This document shows, piece by piece, positions 27,201 to 38,964 of a stretch of DNA of 64,000 bases. Source of the stretch: the human T2T-CHM13v2.0 reference genome, Homo sapiens; assembly GCF_009914755.1 (NCBI RefSeq), contig NC_060925.1; one strand, given 5' to 3'. The position numbers and the translations under genes were made by a program. The notes under the pieces were generated by a model. The model was not told the DNA's origin and ran no database searches. It was given only the letters and a program-made list of their open reading frames with translations. Positions within the stretch are counted from its first letter, which is position 1, and each line of letters begins with the position of its first letter.

Positions 27201-27320
27201 ATAACAGTATCTACCTTTTAGAATTTGGGTAGGATTAAATGAAGTAAGATAAATAAAGCATGAGAGTAGTCCTTGGCACACAGTAAGGATGCAGTAAGTA
27301 AATGTCAGTTATTACTTATT
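27201..27320 (+). mobile_element. MIR, 3' half (continues 24465-24581)
   Basis: ATAACAGTATCTACC..AGGATTAAATGAAG..TAAAGCA..TTGGCACACAGTAAG..TAAATGTCAGTTATTA. Confidence 0.75.
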
Positions 27321-27559
27321 ATTCCTACTTATAGAAAGAATGTCCCAAGCTTTATGTGACTTGCCTGCCACTTCGCAACTAGGAAGTAAGCAAGAATGAA
27401 TGTGTCACCGACTAGTATTCTGTCCATAATACTAACATCATAAGGTAGCCAACTTATAAAATTATTTTTTTAAAGGATACCTACTAGAAGAAGGGAGTCC
27501 TCAGTAGAACTCTAGAATGTAAACTAAAATTTAGAGGCAGAAAATTTAACTTTTTTTTC

Positions 27560-28430
27560 CTCATTCAGTCAACAGGTGTTTATGAGTATCTGCTTTGTGC
27601 AAGATTCTGTGATAGACTTTCTTTAAAACTAAAAGGTAGAAAGCTTTTTGTGCAATCAGTATATAATTTAGTAGGTGCAATTCAGTTACCTGTAATACAA
27701 GGCTATGTGAGCCATCACATGAGGGGTCTGCAGAGTTCAAGGGCAGGAGAGAGGAAAAGAGTCTGCCTGAATTGATTCGGAAACTAATCGTGTGAGAAAT
27801 AACATACGGACTGGACCTCCATGAACGGATGAATAGAATTTCAATAGCAAATATCAGGATGGGAGAATACTCCAGAGAGAACAGCATGAACAGAAATAGA
27901 GAGCTGAGAAACATAATGTTTCAAAATGCAGCTATTTTTACTTTTTCACTCTATCCATTCTAGACAAGACTTAAAGTATCCCCAAGAATACATAAATTAC
28001 AACAAAGTAATATGATTAACAATTATATTAAAGAACACTACAGGTATTTCTTAGTCGAGTTCAGGCTACTATTATGCTAGTAGTAAGAACCAAAGTTGGA
28101 AAAGTGAATTGGGATCAGAATTTGGTGAGTTTGAAACGCTGAACTAAGAGTTTTGTTTTATTCTTAGGGAATCAAAAGGCATAGAAATTGGGTGAGCAGA
28201 AGTTGAGGGGATATTGATGGGCACTTGAAAGAGCACACAGGCAGCAGGCTTGAAGATGGGTTGAATGGTGTATGTGGGGGAGGGAAGGGGGCAGGTAAAA
28301 ACCGAGAGATGGACTAATTGGAGGAAGGAGATCCACACAGAGTGAAAACATTTTGTTGTAAGATTATGACAGCAGGAATGGAAAAGGAGTGAAAGATGTG
28401 AGAGATAGAATAGAAGAATTCAGGGAAAAA
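27560..28430 (-). mobile_element. L2 fragments, antisense
   Basis: TCATTCAGTCAACAGGTGTTTATGAGTATCTGCTTTGTGCAAG (L2 3' end) followed by purine-rich L2-like body (GGAGAATACTCCAGAGAGAACAGCATGAACA); boundaries approximate. Confidence 0.55.
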
Positions 28431-29882
28431 TAAGTTCTTTCATTAAAGTAGTAACAAAAAGGAAATATCTATCAGGAGTAAGTAGGGTTGACTTTGTTTT
28501 TGTTTGCTTGCTTTCATCCAAGAGAGATGCAAATTCTCAGGGTTGTTGCTTCTAGTAGTAACCTCATCCTCACCAGCAGTTGCCTCCGGCCATGGGTGTA
28601 AAGGATAAGAGGGAGGTAGACAGGCAATCAGACTCTCTCTCTTCATTTAGGCAGCAATGAAAGACTTTCGGGGGAATACAGATGTGTACATGTAATAAAT
28701 CTCAGCAGAGCTGTCCCGGAGAGATTCATAGCCCAGGATTTGGACTAGAGAGATGAAAATAATTCAATTTGGCACTCTGTGGCTATAAAGAACCTTGCAA
28801 CTGAGAACGCCTGAATATATTCAACTTTCAATTAGCTATGCTAATCAACCATCCACATTGTACAAAGAGCAAACATCAAATAGGAGTTACTTTCATATGT
28901 GATTTTGAAATGTTTATGATTACTATCACATACATTTAAACATAAGGCAAACCTGAATACAAGGCAACTCCTCATTTTCCCAGTTGAAAGAGTTTGAGGG
29001 ATGGGGGGGACAGTTTGAATATATAAACTTTGAAGCAAGTACATTAAAGAGTCAAATCACTATAATATTTAATTTAGTGATATACAATTTACATTCAATA
29101 ATTTACAAAATCATGTGAATTTATAAGATTTTCCCACACATGAATTTTATGAAATACTTTTATCACTCTTCACATGATCTCTAACACTTGTGACATCCCC
29201 ATCACCAGAGTCCCCTTAAGAGTCATCTTCCTCAATCTTCCATAGCACAGCTTCTATCAAAGTTGTTTGAATTCATTTTGAACTCATATATGACACTGTC
29301 AGTACAAACTTTATCTCCAGTTGCAAGTACCTGTTCACATATCATTCTAGAATTTTAAAAATTATTCTGAAGGTATATTTTTATTGTCTTGACAAGGTAA
29401 AATTCTACCATTTATCCTTTAAAAGTAATCTTTAGAAGGATTTTCTACAGTAAGATCCGACATTTAAAATTGTGAGATCATTTGTCCAAGAATAACCAAA
29501 TATTGTTGCCTCCATTTTTTAAAACAAATTTCTGTCATGATATCTATAAATATCTCCAACTAGAATTGATTGAGGTTATCGCAGGCTCATGTTTAAAATC
29601 AAATAATTGAGACCACACTTTATATGACAGACTGTAAGAACTCAAATATATGACAATTCTTTTTTAGGATATGAATTTTTCAGTGAGAAAAAAATGGCTT
29701 ATATTTGGAGACAGATAATAAGCAAGTATGAACATATCTAATGTTTTGTGAATTTATATTTTTAAGCTAAAGAATAAAACCAAAACATAGCAACTATTTA
29801 ACTTTTCTAACTGTCCTTTTCCTGGTTTCTTTTTGCTAGCTATCCCTCTGATGTGGAGTGGAGAAAGAAACCTTCCTATCTG

Positions 29883-30023
29883 CAGACGGTTCCTGGCTTA
29901 TGAAGGTTTGATTTACAATTTTTCAACTTTAAAATGGTAGGAAAGCGATAAGTATCCAGTACTCTCCTTGACCTACAATGAGTCCATGTCCAGATAAATT
30001 CATGATAAGTTGAAGAGCATTTA
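29883..30023. mobile_element. MER47-like (Tigger5-family) short MITE
   Basis: CAGACGGTTCCTGGCTTATGAAGGTTTGATTTACAATTTTTCAACTTT..GAAAGCGATA..GATAAGTTGAAGAGCATTTA resembles both MER47 termini after CpG decay. Confidence 0.7.
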
Positions 30024-30043
30024 TATTTATGGGGATAATTAAT

Positions 30044-30215
30044 AGGACCAATGACATAATTTGTGGAGTCCAGTGCATAGTGAAAATCTGGGGGCTCTTG
30101 TTTAAATGTTGTTAAGTATAGAAAGATAATGACAGCAGAGAGTTAGTGTGTAGGTCCTTCCAAACATGGGTCCCTGTTCAACTGCACAAATTGCAGGCCC
30201 GTGAAGCCAATCCTG
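30044..30215 (-). mobile_element. MER91A-like hAT MITE
   Basis: GGACCAATGACATAATTTGTGGAGTCCAGTGCATAGTGAAAAT..GGGGCTCTTGTTTAAA..CCCGTGAAGCCAATCCTG. Confidence 0.75.
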
Positions 30216-30438
30216 ATAACTAATATTGTTTATCCTGGCTGTGTTTTGAGGCAAGTGAGAGTATTAGTGAAGCAAGGGAAGTTCAAATGCTTTGACAACA
30301 TTCAAGGATTGCATATGCATAAAGGAGTTTTACATCCCTAAAGGATTAAAAAGAAATCACTGGAAATATCCAGAATAAATTTGCTGTATTTCTAGAATAT
30401 TTCTTCTTTCAGTGGGGTTTATAAATGCCATCTGGCTA

Positions 30439-30475
30439 AAGAGAGAGTGAGAGAGAAAGGGAGAGAGAGAGAGAA
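30439..30475. repeat. Imperfect (GA)n microsatellite
   Basis: Read directly from the sequence. Confidence 0.85.
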
Positions 30476-31990
30476 ACAAAAAGAGAGAATAAAATTAGAA
30501 AAAATTCCAGACTTTCAAATCCTGTAGAAAACTAGAAGTTGCTATTGAGACTTTTCTGATAAGAAAGTAAACAACTTTTATTCTTTATTTGTACAAAGTA
30601 TAAGTCAATGATGCATTTTTCCTCTGGATGCTAAACAAATCATATCTCCTAGAAAAAGGGACAATTATTCATCAGGAATTTATTTCCACAAAATCACGTC
30701 TCTTCACAAGAAATTTAAATTTGATGAAAAAAAAAGAAAAAAAACTCCCATTTGAAAATCTAATCATTTAAATTTTACAGGATTTTCACAGTTGGAACAG
30801 AAGTCATTGCCATGATTTCAGAAAAAAGTCCCACCCACATTAGGAAGAACCAGACAAACATTTCCTGTTACATGTAAAAATAACGATACTTGAATGCAGA
30901 GATATAAAAATGCGAATTGTGAGCGGGTGTGGCAGACTCAATTCCTCTGATGGATTATCTTTAGGAAGATATAAATTTATGGTGATTTAAAATAAAGAAA
31001 ATTTAAAAGGCATTAGAACATGTGAACCTATTCATTTTATAAAATTGTTTAACTAAATGTCTTTACTAAAATGTTAACAACACTTTACTGTAAAAATAAA
31101 ATAACCGAAGGGAACAGGTTGTCAAAATACAATAATTCTCTTATTGTCATAATGGGTTAGCCAGTTAGTTCATGAAAGACAGGGTGACCTTCTGGAAAAG
31201 AGCTGGATTTAACCATTTGTAACTAAAGAAAGGGCATGTCTGAGCCAAACTCAAAAGTAGAAAAGGTGAGATCTTGTGCAACTATAAAGTGAGACATTGT
31301 GCAACTATAAACAAATCAATTGTAGGTTGTATGTATAATACTAATTTAAAAAATAGTTTAAAAGTTCAGTAGTTCAAACCAACAATAATTTGGATTTGCA
31401 ATGTTTTGACCTTCCCTTAAAGTGAATTCTCTCGAAAAAGCTTCTTTTTGCAGGAGCAGCTCCTAAACAGGCAAAAGAATCAGACAGGGCAGAAAACAGT
31501 GACAGATGACATAAGTCACATGAAGGGACAGACTCCAGAACCACCCAAATCTAGTTTCTGGGTCCATGAATGTGTCACTTTTTTTACTTTGAGCCTTGTT
31601 TTTCTCACTTGAAAAACCGAAATAATAATCAGGTAGGGTCATTATATTATAGGATAACATATTATATCTCCTTGATTCCAAGTCGTTTATTGCTTTCTCA
31701 TTTTAACAAATCAGGATATGTCTTACAATTGATGTTGGCTCTGAATCAATAAAATGCAGTATATAAAATTCCTGGCACACTGACGTACTCGGGAGCTATA
31801 ACTTACTTTGATTAGCTTTGTGTTGTCCGTTTTCATCATCTATTTTACTAATCTCATGCACTTTCGATGTATCACCTACACAATGAGGAATTTCAAATTT
31901 ATCAACATCAGACTCAACTCCTAATGAGGTAGGAGACCAGCGGGACTTATTTCCTAATCCCAACAGGATGAAGACAGACACTGGCAGGAA

Positions 31991-32005
31991 CCAGCAGGTG
32001 GCGCC
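31991..32005 (+). promoter_or_regulatory. CTCF core motif CCAGCAGGTGGCGCC in the MER66 5' LTR
   Basis: Matches the CTCF consensus CCASYAGRKGGCRS; binding not shown. Confidence 0.6.
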
Positions 32006-32318
32006 AAAGGCAACCTCTGGTTTCCCGCGCTGCTCATTAGCATAAGACACTCCCATCAGTGCCTTGACAGTTTACAAATAGCCTTGGCAACAACCCCGAA
32101 GCTGCTGCCCCTCTCCATGACAATGACCTCGAAGTTACTGCCCCTGGTTTCCAGAAATTTCTGAATGACCCACCCCCTAATTTGCATGTAATTAAAAGTA
32201 GATATAAGTGGATATAAATACAGCTGCCAATAACCCATATCCTTCTGACTCTGGGAGCACTACCTAGGTGTTAGCTCTGCTCTGAAGGACCAGCTCTGGT
32301 TCAAAAAAATTCTAACAC

Positions 32319-33746
32319 TGTCCGGAATTGGTGGGTTTTTGGTCTCACTTACTTTAAGAATGAAGCCGCGGACCCTCGTGGTGAGTGTTACAGCTCTTAA
32401 GGTGGCGCGTCTGGAGTTTGTTCCTTCTGATTTTCAGATGTGTTCGGAGTTTCTTCCTTCTGGTGGGTTCGTGGTCTCGCTGGCTGAGGAGTGAAGCTGC
32501 AGACCTTGGCAGTGAGTGTTACAGCTCTTAAGGTAGCGCGCCTGGAGTTGTTCGTTCCTCCCGGTGGGCTCCTGGTCTGGCTGGCTTCAGGAGTGAAGCT
32601 GCAGAACTTCGCGGTGAGTGTTACAGCTCATAAAAGCAGTGTGGACCCAAAGAGTGAGCAGTAGCAAGATTTATTGCAAAGAGGGAAAGAACAAAGCTTC
32701 TATAGTGTGGAAGGGGACCACAGAGGGTTGCCACTGCTGGCTCGGGCAGCCTGCTTTTATTCTCTTATCTGGCCCCACCCACATCCTGCTGATTGGTAGA
32801 GCCCAGTGGCCTGTTTTGACAGGGCGTTGATTGGTGCGTTTACAATCCCTGAGCTAGATACAAAGGTTCTCCACCTCCCCATCAGATTAGTTAGATACAG
32901 AATTTTGACACACAGGTTCTCCAAGGCCCCACCAGAGCAGCTAGATACAGAGTGTCGATTGGTGCACTCACAAACCCTGAGCTAGACACAGGGTGCTGAT
33001 TGGTGTGTTTACAAACCTTGAGCTAGATACAGAGTGCCGATTGGTGTATTTACAATCCCTGAGCTAGACATAAAGGTTCTCCAAGTCCCCACCAGACTCA
33101 GGAGCCCAGCTGGCTTCATCCAGTGGATCCCGCACCAGGGCTGCAGGTGGAACTGCCTGCCAGTCCCGCGCCATGCGCTCTCACTCCTCAGCCCTTGGGT
33201 GATCCATGGGACTGGGCGCCGTGGAGCAGGGGGTGGTGCTCGTCCGGGAGGCTCCGGCTGCACAGGAGCCCACGGAGGTGGCGGAAGGCTCAGGCATGGC
33301 GGGCTGCAGTCCTGAGGCCTGCCCGGCGGGAAGGCAGCTAAGGCCCGGCAAGAAATCGAGCACAGCGCCGGTGGGCTGGCACTGCTGGTGGACCCAGTAC
33401 ACCCTCCGCAGCCGCTGGCCCGGGTGCTAAGTCTCTCATTGCCCGGGGCCGGCAGGGCCGGCTGGCTGCTCCGAGTGCGGGGCCCGCCAAGCCCACGCCC
33501 ACCTGGAACTCCAGCTGGCCCGCAAGCGCCGCAGGCAGCCCCGGTTCCCGCTCACGCCTCTCCCTCCACACCTCCCTGCAAGCTGAGGGAGTGGGCTCCG
33601 GCCTTGGCCAGCCCAGAAAGGGGGCTCCCACAGTGCAGCGGTGGGCTGAAGGGCTCCTCAAATGCCGCCAAAGTGGGAGCCCAGGCAGAGGAGGCACCGA
33701 GAGCGAGAGAGGGCTGTGAGGACTGCCAGCACGCTGTCACCTCTCA
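32319..33746 (-). mobile_element. LTR12C (HERV9) solo LTR, full length 1428 bp, CpG-rich
   Basis: Minus strand starts TGAGAGGTGACAGCGTGCTGGCAGTCC and ends CCAATTCCGGACA; 4-bp TSD ACAC at 32315-32318 and 33747-33750. Confidence 0.96.
32750..33070 (-). promoter_or_regulatory. LTR12 promoter/enhancer: tandem ~40-bp repeats with 5 CCAAT (NF-Y) boxes and GATA motifs, then an AATAAAA TATA-like box
   Basis: GATTGG at ~32791, 32830, 32958, 32998 and 33039; repeated AGCTAGATAC; CTGCTTTTATTCTC at ~32751-32764; ERV9/LTR12 NF-Y-dependent promoters are established. Confidence 0.75.
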
Positions 33747-33844
33747 ACACTACTGGCTCGCCCTTGAATTATTTCCTGGGCAAAGTCAAGAACCTCTCCG
33801 TGCAAAGCCCCGATTTCAGGGCTTGCCTGCCTGCTTGCATTGTC

Positions 33845-33862
33845 TGGCAACCACAGAGATGA
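33845..33862 (+). other. Degenerate primer-binding site (tRNA-Arg-like)
   Basis: TGGCAACCAC just after the 5' LTR, resembling the TGGCGACCACGAAGGG PBS of HERV-W/HERV9; 3' half diverged. Confidence 0.5.
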
Positions 33863-34020
33863 AGATAACAGAGATGAAGAAGACATCAAAGATGATGATG
33901 ACAAAGATGATGAGACAGCGATCAGCTAGATGACAAGAGACAGTGAGATGGCGATTGACTAGACAGCGAGAGATGGAAAGAGAGAGAGACAGCAATCGAC
34001 TAGGCAGTGAGAGATGGTGG
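33852..34020 (+). repeat. Degenerate purine-rich repeat array (GAGATG/GAGACAGCGA units) in the proviral leader
   Basis: Recurring GAGATG, AAAGATGATGA and GACAG(C/T)GAGAGATGG. Confidence 0.7.
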
Positions 34021-34298
34021 CTGCAACAGTAAGGAGCTGCTAACACTGCAGCGTTGTAACACTAGCCAAAGACTCTTTTAAGAGCCATCATGTTTCCTGA
34101 AAGGCGGTGGAGCTGAGCAGAAGGGTGAGCAGCAACAGCACGGCCTCATGTGAGATCCACTGCTCCAGCTGGTTGGTCACAAGACCGCATGCTGGTCCCC
34201 TGTGGTAGCCGAACTCACCCCAGCTGGGGGAACATGGGGAAGACCTTCACCCAGGCCCCAAGCTGTAGATTCATCAGGGCCATTTTGGCTCCTACAAA

Positions 34299-34307
34299 CA
34301 GGTGAGT
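34299..34307 (+). promoter_or_regulatory. Probable proviral major splice donor CAG|GTGAGT
   Basis: Strong 5' splice-site match in the leader, upstream of gag. Confidence 0.5.
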
Positions 34308-35159
34308 GTTCCCTCTGCTTCTTCCCACTTGAGATCGGGTGAGCCAGGAAATAAGTCAATTCACAGTCCCCCATAGCAGTCCTGACCAATGACATCCTTG
34401 TTCCTACTTCTCTTAGTCCTTTCTCCACTAACACCATATCATTTTTCCGTGGCCCAATTTTGTTTTCTGCTCTGAAATGTATGTTTTGTTTGCAGGGTTT
34501 TTTTTTTTTTTGCTTTAGCTCCCTGCTAACTGTATTTGGGCAATTATTTAAGGCAGGACACTTGTTTGTGGGTGTTTCCCCATCATGTTGACTCTGCAGC
34601 ACCAGTCATGTTGTTCCGTGGCCCCAGCCAGGCATTTGGGGTTCACTACTGGCTGACTCTGAATGCTTCAGGTTTTTGACATTGGTTGGACCGTGGATAC
34701 TCCAGGGTTTTAGGCATTTGGTGTGGAGACACTCATTGGCAAATACTTGGGGACTCTGGTGATTTTAGCACTTGGTATTGTTGGCTACTTCCTGGATGCT
34801 CTGGGGTTTTTGGCAGTGGCATTCTTTCTAGGACTGTGGGTAAGATAGAAACCCACTGTAGGAGAATCTGGTCTTACCTTTTTGTTTTCTGTCCTAAAGT
34901 TCTGTCACTCTATTTTCACTTTTCCTTTTATACTTGCTATGTAAAAAATACTTCTTTTGTTGTATTTCGCTTGCCGGCATGTGCAGTACTCTACTGCCTG
35001 CTTGTATCTCACAATCCACTTTCACAGTGCTTTGAGACCTATACTCACACCTCTGCATGAGGTAAAAATCTAAAATGGAAAAATAGCAAGAACCGAATTG
35101 CTTTTTCTTTCACTGGACTTAGAAAAACTTCTGTGACTGGTAAAGATCCTTGCTAGACA

Positions 35160-36660
35160 TAGGGAAATGGTGAGCATTCCAGACGGCTTGCCACTAGGTG
35201 GCTTTTAGGTAACTGGAGCAAATTCAAATATGGCTTAAAGAAGGAGGAGCTCATTTTCTATTCCAACTCTGCTTGGGTCCAATACAAATCGGCAGACCAA
35301 GAAATTTGGCCTAAAATGGCTGCTTACATCATAATACTATTTTACAATTGGACTTATTCCGTAAAAAAGAAGGAAAATGGGAAGAGGTGCCTTATGTACA
35401 GGCTTATGGCTCTTTAATGGCTCATGAAATAAAGGGCACCAAGAAGCCATGTTTAAGGGGTCCCATCCTAACTGTTCCCACTAGAAGGTATAGGCCCTCC
35501 CCACTGTCTCCTTAGTTTCCTCAATTCTGAGGGGGTCTACCAGTTCTCTAACGCAGGATTCTACCCCAAGGTCATGAGGCATGGCACCCCTCCCCATTAT
35601 CCAACTAGCCCCAGCCTATAACCCCTACTGCTCATTGAAGTAAGCCCAACCAGTACTACCAGGAGTGGAGCCCCTTATCGGCCCTTAAAATGAAAGCTGT
35701 GTCCATTGCAGGAGGTAGCTGGCAGGGAGAAGGGAACACTTAGAGTACATTATGCCATTCTGTGTGTCTGATTTGGCTTTATGCAGGGAGAAATTTGGCC
35801 AGTTTTCAGATAACCCAGGGAAGTTTATAGAAGAGTTTGTTAAGTTGACCATGTTCTTCAATTTAACTTGGCATGACTAGCATGTATGGTCATCCACTTG
35901 CTGTGAGTGGAGAAGCAGAGGATTCTGCGTGCTGACTGTGAGTATGCAGATGGAGCAGCCACATGTAATGAAGGCCATGCATAGTTATTGTATCAGAAGT
36001 TCCTGATCTGGACCCTTAGTGAGATAACCAGGATGGTTCCCAAGATCTTGAATGCAGAAATCACATGGTAACATGTTTAATATATTTAAAAACATGCTTC
36101 GTTAAGCCAGTTAAACATGACAAAATTAAAGAAGTAACTCGGGAAAGACAAAAGTCCTGCTGTGTTTCAGAGCCTTTTTGTTGAGGTACTCAAGAAATAC
36201 ACTAATGCAGACCCAGACTCCCTGGAAGGGCAAACTCTCCTGGTTGTGCATTTTATTACTCAATCTACCCCTGATGTTGGGAGGAACCTAAAAAGAGCAG
36301 CAGTGGGACTCTAAACCCCTATAAGCAAACTCTTAAACATGGCCTTTGGACTTACAACAATAGAGATGGAAAAAACAAAAAACAAAACAAAGCAAAAAAA
36401 AAAAAAAACAGAGAAAACAAAACCCCAAAAGTACAATCATTAACATCTGCTTTAAGCCCCTTGCTACCTCAGGATTATCTATCTTGAGAAAGTGTCATGA
36501 GATCAGCATCTGGGATGCCCAGACAAGAGTCCCCAGCTTGCTGGCCCCTGGGCCAGAATCAGTGTGACTACTATAATCAAGAGGGGCATTGGCAATGAGA
36601 CTATCCTAACAATCCCTGGTGAGAGAATAAAAAGGCTCCCTGTCAATACCAGAGCTAACC
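35160..36660 (+). pseudogene. gag: Decayed gammaretroviral-type gag (HERV-W/HERV9/HERV-H-like)
   Basis: Hand translation gives [24 protein letters not shown] (MA, ~35333), PPHY (late-domain-like), SDLALCREKFGQFSDNPGKFIEEF (CA), LKKYTNADPDSLEG and LGQNQCDYYNQEGHWQ*DYP (broken CCHC knuckle, ~36548-36607); many stops and frameshifts. Confidence 0.88.
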
Positions 36661-37884
36661 ATCTTCCATTCACCCCAATGAACTGCCTTGGTTGAATAAA
36701 ATTACTGGGGTTCCTGGACCCTTGACTTGACAGACAGTCTGCAATATCAACTAGCAGCTACCCAAACACTTTTCATTCGTGTCTCCGCTGCTGGGTGAGT
36801 TCTCTGGTGGCTCAGGAACTTCAGCATCTCCCCTTGAGCAACATGGTTCACCCCCTCCCTTAGATGGCACCCTTTCCCTGCCTCTCCCTGTATTACATAC
36901 CTATTGAAGTAAACAAAGTTTTGTAAATAACTTGGATCCAGCCATCTTGTATAGGTTGCTTTGTTTAATATGTTTCTGCTTATGTGTATATACAGGTGTT
37001 GTGATGTGTGTTGTATCTAACATGCTATCAAATTGAATTATAAAAAAATGGCTCTGATAAACTAAACAGATAAGACCAAATACTTCTCAAGTTCACATAA
37101 CTTGGTAATCTTTGGGTGAATGGGACTAGTCTAAACTTATTAGTTTGTTGGTAACATTGTGTCTTTTAAAATTTAACTTTAAGGTTCTTACCTAGGTGAG
37201 ATGCTAAAGTTTGCAGGCTTTAGAATTGCTAACAGAAAAGTGGCTTTACATAGTGATTGGCTATACATGGCATTTTAGTTGTAAAAAGTAAATGAACCAG
37301 TCGGTAGAAAAGAGAGATGTGGAAAAGGTTATAGATACAAAAATGTATTTTTGGTAACATAGGATATAGAAAGTAATTTTAAATGAGGGAAAATCTTGTA
37401 TGGTAAATCTTATCCTAGAATAAACTGACTGGTATTTAAGAGAAAGGTGGTATAAGACAAGTCAGAAAGGCCAAACATGTCATAGATGATCTGTGTATGT
37501 CATGATAAGGTTTGTGAAGAGGAATTTATGAAAAAAAATTGTGTGTGATTAAACTAGCTATAATTAACATGGAATTGCTTATAATAGTCTTTCTAAAGAA
37601 TGGTCTTTATATTAAAACAGTTTTCTTAAGATATTGATTTGCTTTTTAATTTTATAATGTGTATTGTTTAAAACCTTTTTTCATTCATATCTCAGAGGTT
37701 CAACCATTGTTATGTCTCACTGCTTTCAGCTTTTTCTCCCTTTGAGAAAGCCTGAGATAACTCTTTCTTCAGCTTTTGTCAGTTCCTGTAATTTTTCCTT
37801 CTCTGTTTCTAACTGTTGTTATAGCCTGATGCTGAAATATTTTATCTTAGAGGTCTATAAAAGCACTAATTTCCTCCATTATAA

Positions 37885-38194
<310 letters not shown>

Positions 38195-38477
38195 TAACTT
38201 GATTTTGTTAATATGTAACCTTATTTTTGTATTTTGGTTTTTGGCTTCTATATTGCTTCAAAAGTGTTTTAAGGACTAATGAATGCCTGCCCACCTCCAT
38301 TTGCATCTGGCTTAAAATTTTAATTGGCTATAAGATGCCCAAAAACTTAATTTGAGCCATGATGGGAAACAGGAGGACAGACATATCTTACTATGCTCCC
38401 TTTGGAACTTAGACCAGGTTCAAAAGACCTTTGAAAAATATGAAAATAAAGCATTCCCCTTGGAAAATAATAGCTCC

Positions 38478-38545
38478 CCTGTTCAACCAGGAGACTTGGT
38501 CCTATTAAAAACTAGGAAATAAGGACCCCCCCGCCAAGGATCAAT
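38478..38545 (+). pseudogene. Integrase C-terminal remnant
   Basis: PVQPGDLVLLKTRK*, matching the ERV1 integrase C-terminal QPGDxVLxK motif. Confidence 0.6.
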
Positions 38546-38638
38546 TCCACTTTGTTACATAGATATAACCAGGACACTGACCCCAACTGTATCTGGTTCA
38601 CTGTCAAAAGTACCCTCTCTAGTCTCACCTAGTTTTCA

Positions 38639-38830
38639 CCCTTCCTAGGACCTTTGATAGCTATCTTGTTACAAATAATTTTGTTCCTTGCTTGTTTAAC
38701 CTACTTATAAAGTTTGTGTCTTCTAGACTACAACAATTCCATGTAAAACAATGGTGGTAGAAGGCTTCTGATCCATCCCATCTTCTGACATAGAAAATGA
38801 AAACATGCTCTCATTCGGCCAATAAGCCCC
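38639..38830 (+). pseudogene. env: env TM/cytoplasmic-tail remnant
   Basis: PFLGPLIAILLQIIL / PCLFNLLIKFVSSRLQQFHVK, a typical gammaretroviral Env membrane anchor, frameshifted. Confidence 0.8.
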
Positions 38831-38964
38831 TTAGATGCAGCATCCAGGGATTTTTACTGCTCCAATGCTAGGCAGGGCCTATCCCCATAAAATCAGCAGA
38901 AAAACCTCCTCCCTTCTGCAGCTCCCTTAAGATTAAGGAGGAGTGTCTAATCTTTGAGGGGGAA

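Larger units (their letters stand above)
31925..33842 (+). mobile_element. MER66-like 5' LTR (31925-32318 plus 33751-33842), split by LTR12C
   Basis: TGAGGTAGGAGACCAGC..AGAAATTTCTGAATGACCCACCCCCTAATTTGCATGTAATTAAAAGT..TAACAC | TACTGGCTCGCCCTTGAATTATTTCCTGGGC..; matches 38965-39339. Confidence 0.88.

Noticed and set aside
31266-31311. 23-bp direct duplication GTGAGA..TTGTGCAACTATAAA (similar short ones at 49000-49028 and ~19398-19424)
   Set aside because: Two-copy micro-duplications are common slippage products with no further structure
33009-33933. Cluster of long GC-rich ORFs (up to 181 aa) on both strands
   Set aside because: They lie almost entirely within the GC-rich LTR12C, where stops are rare; no domain similarity
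36548-36610. APOBEC3-type G-to-A hypermutation (two Cys-to-Tyr changes in the zinc knuckle)
   Set aside because: Only two events, not in GG/GA context, and untestable without a consensus alignment
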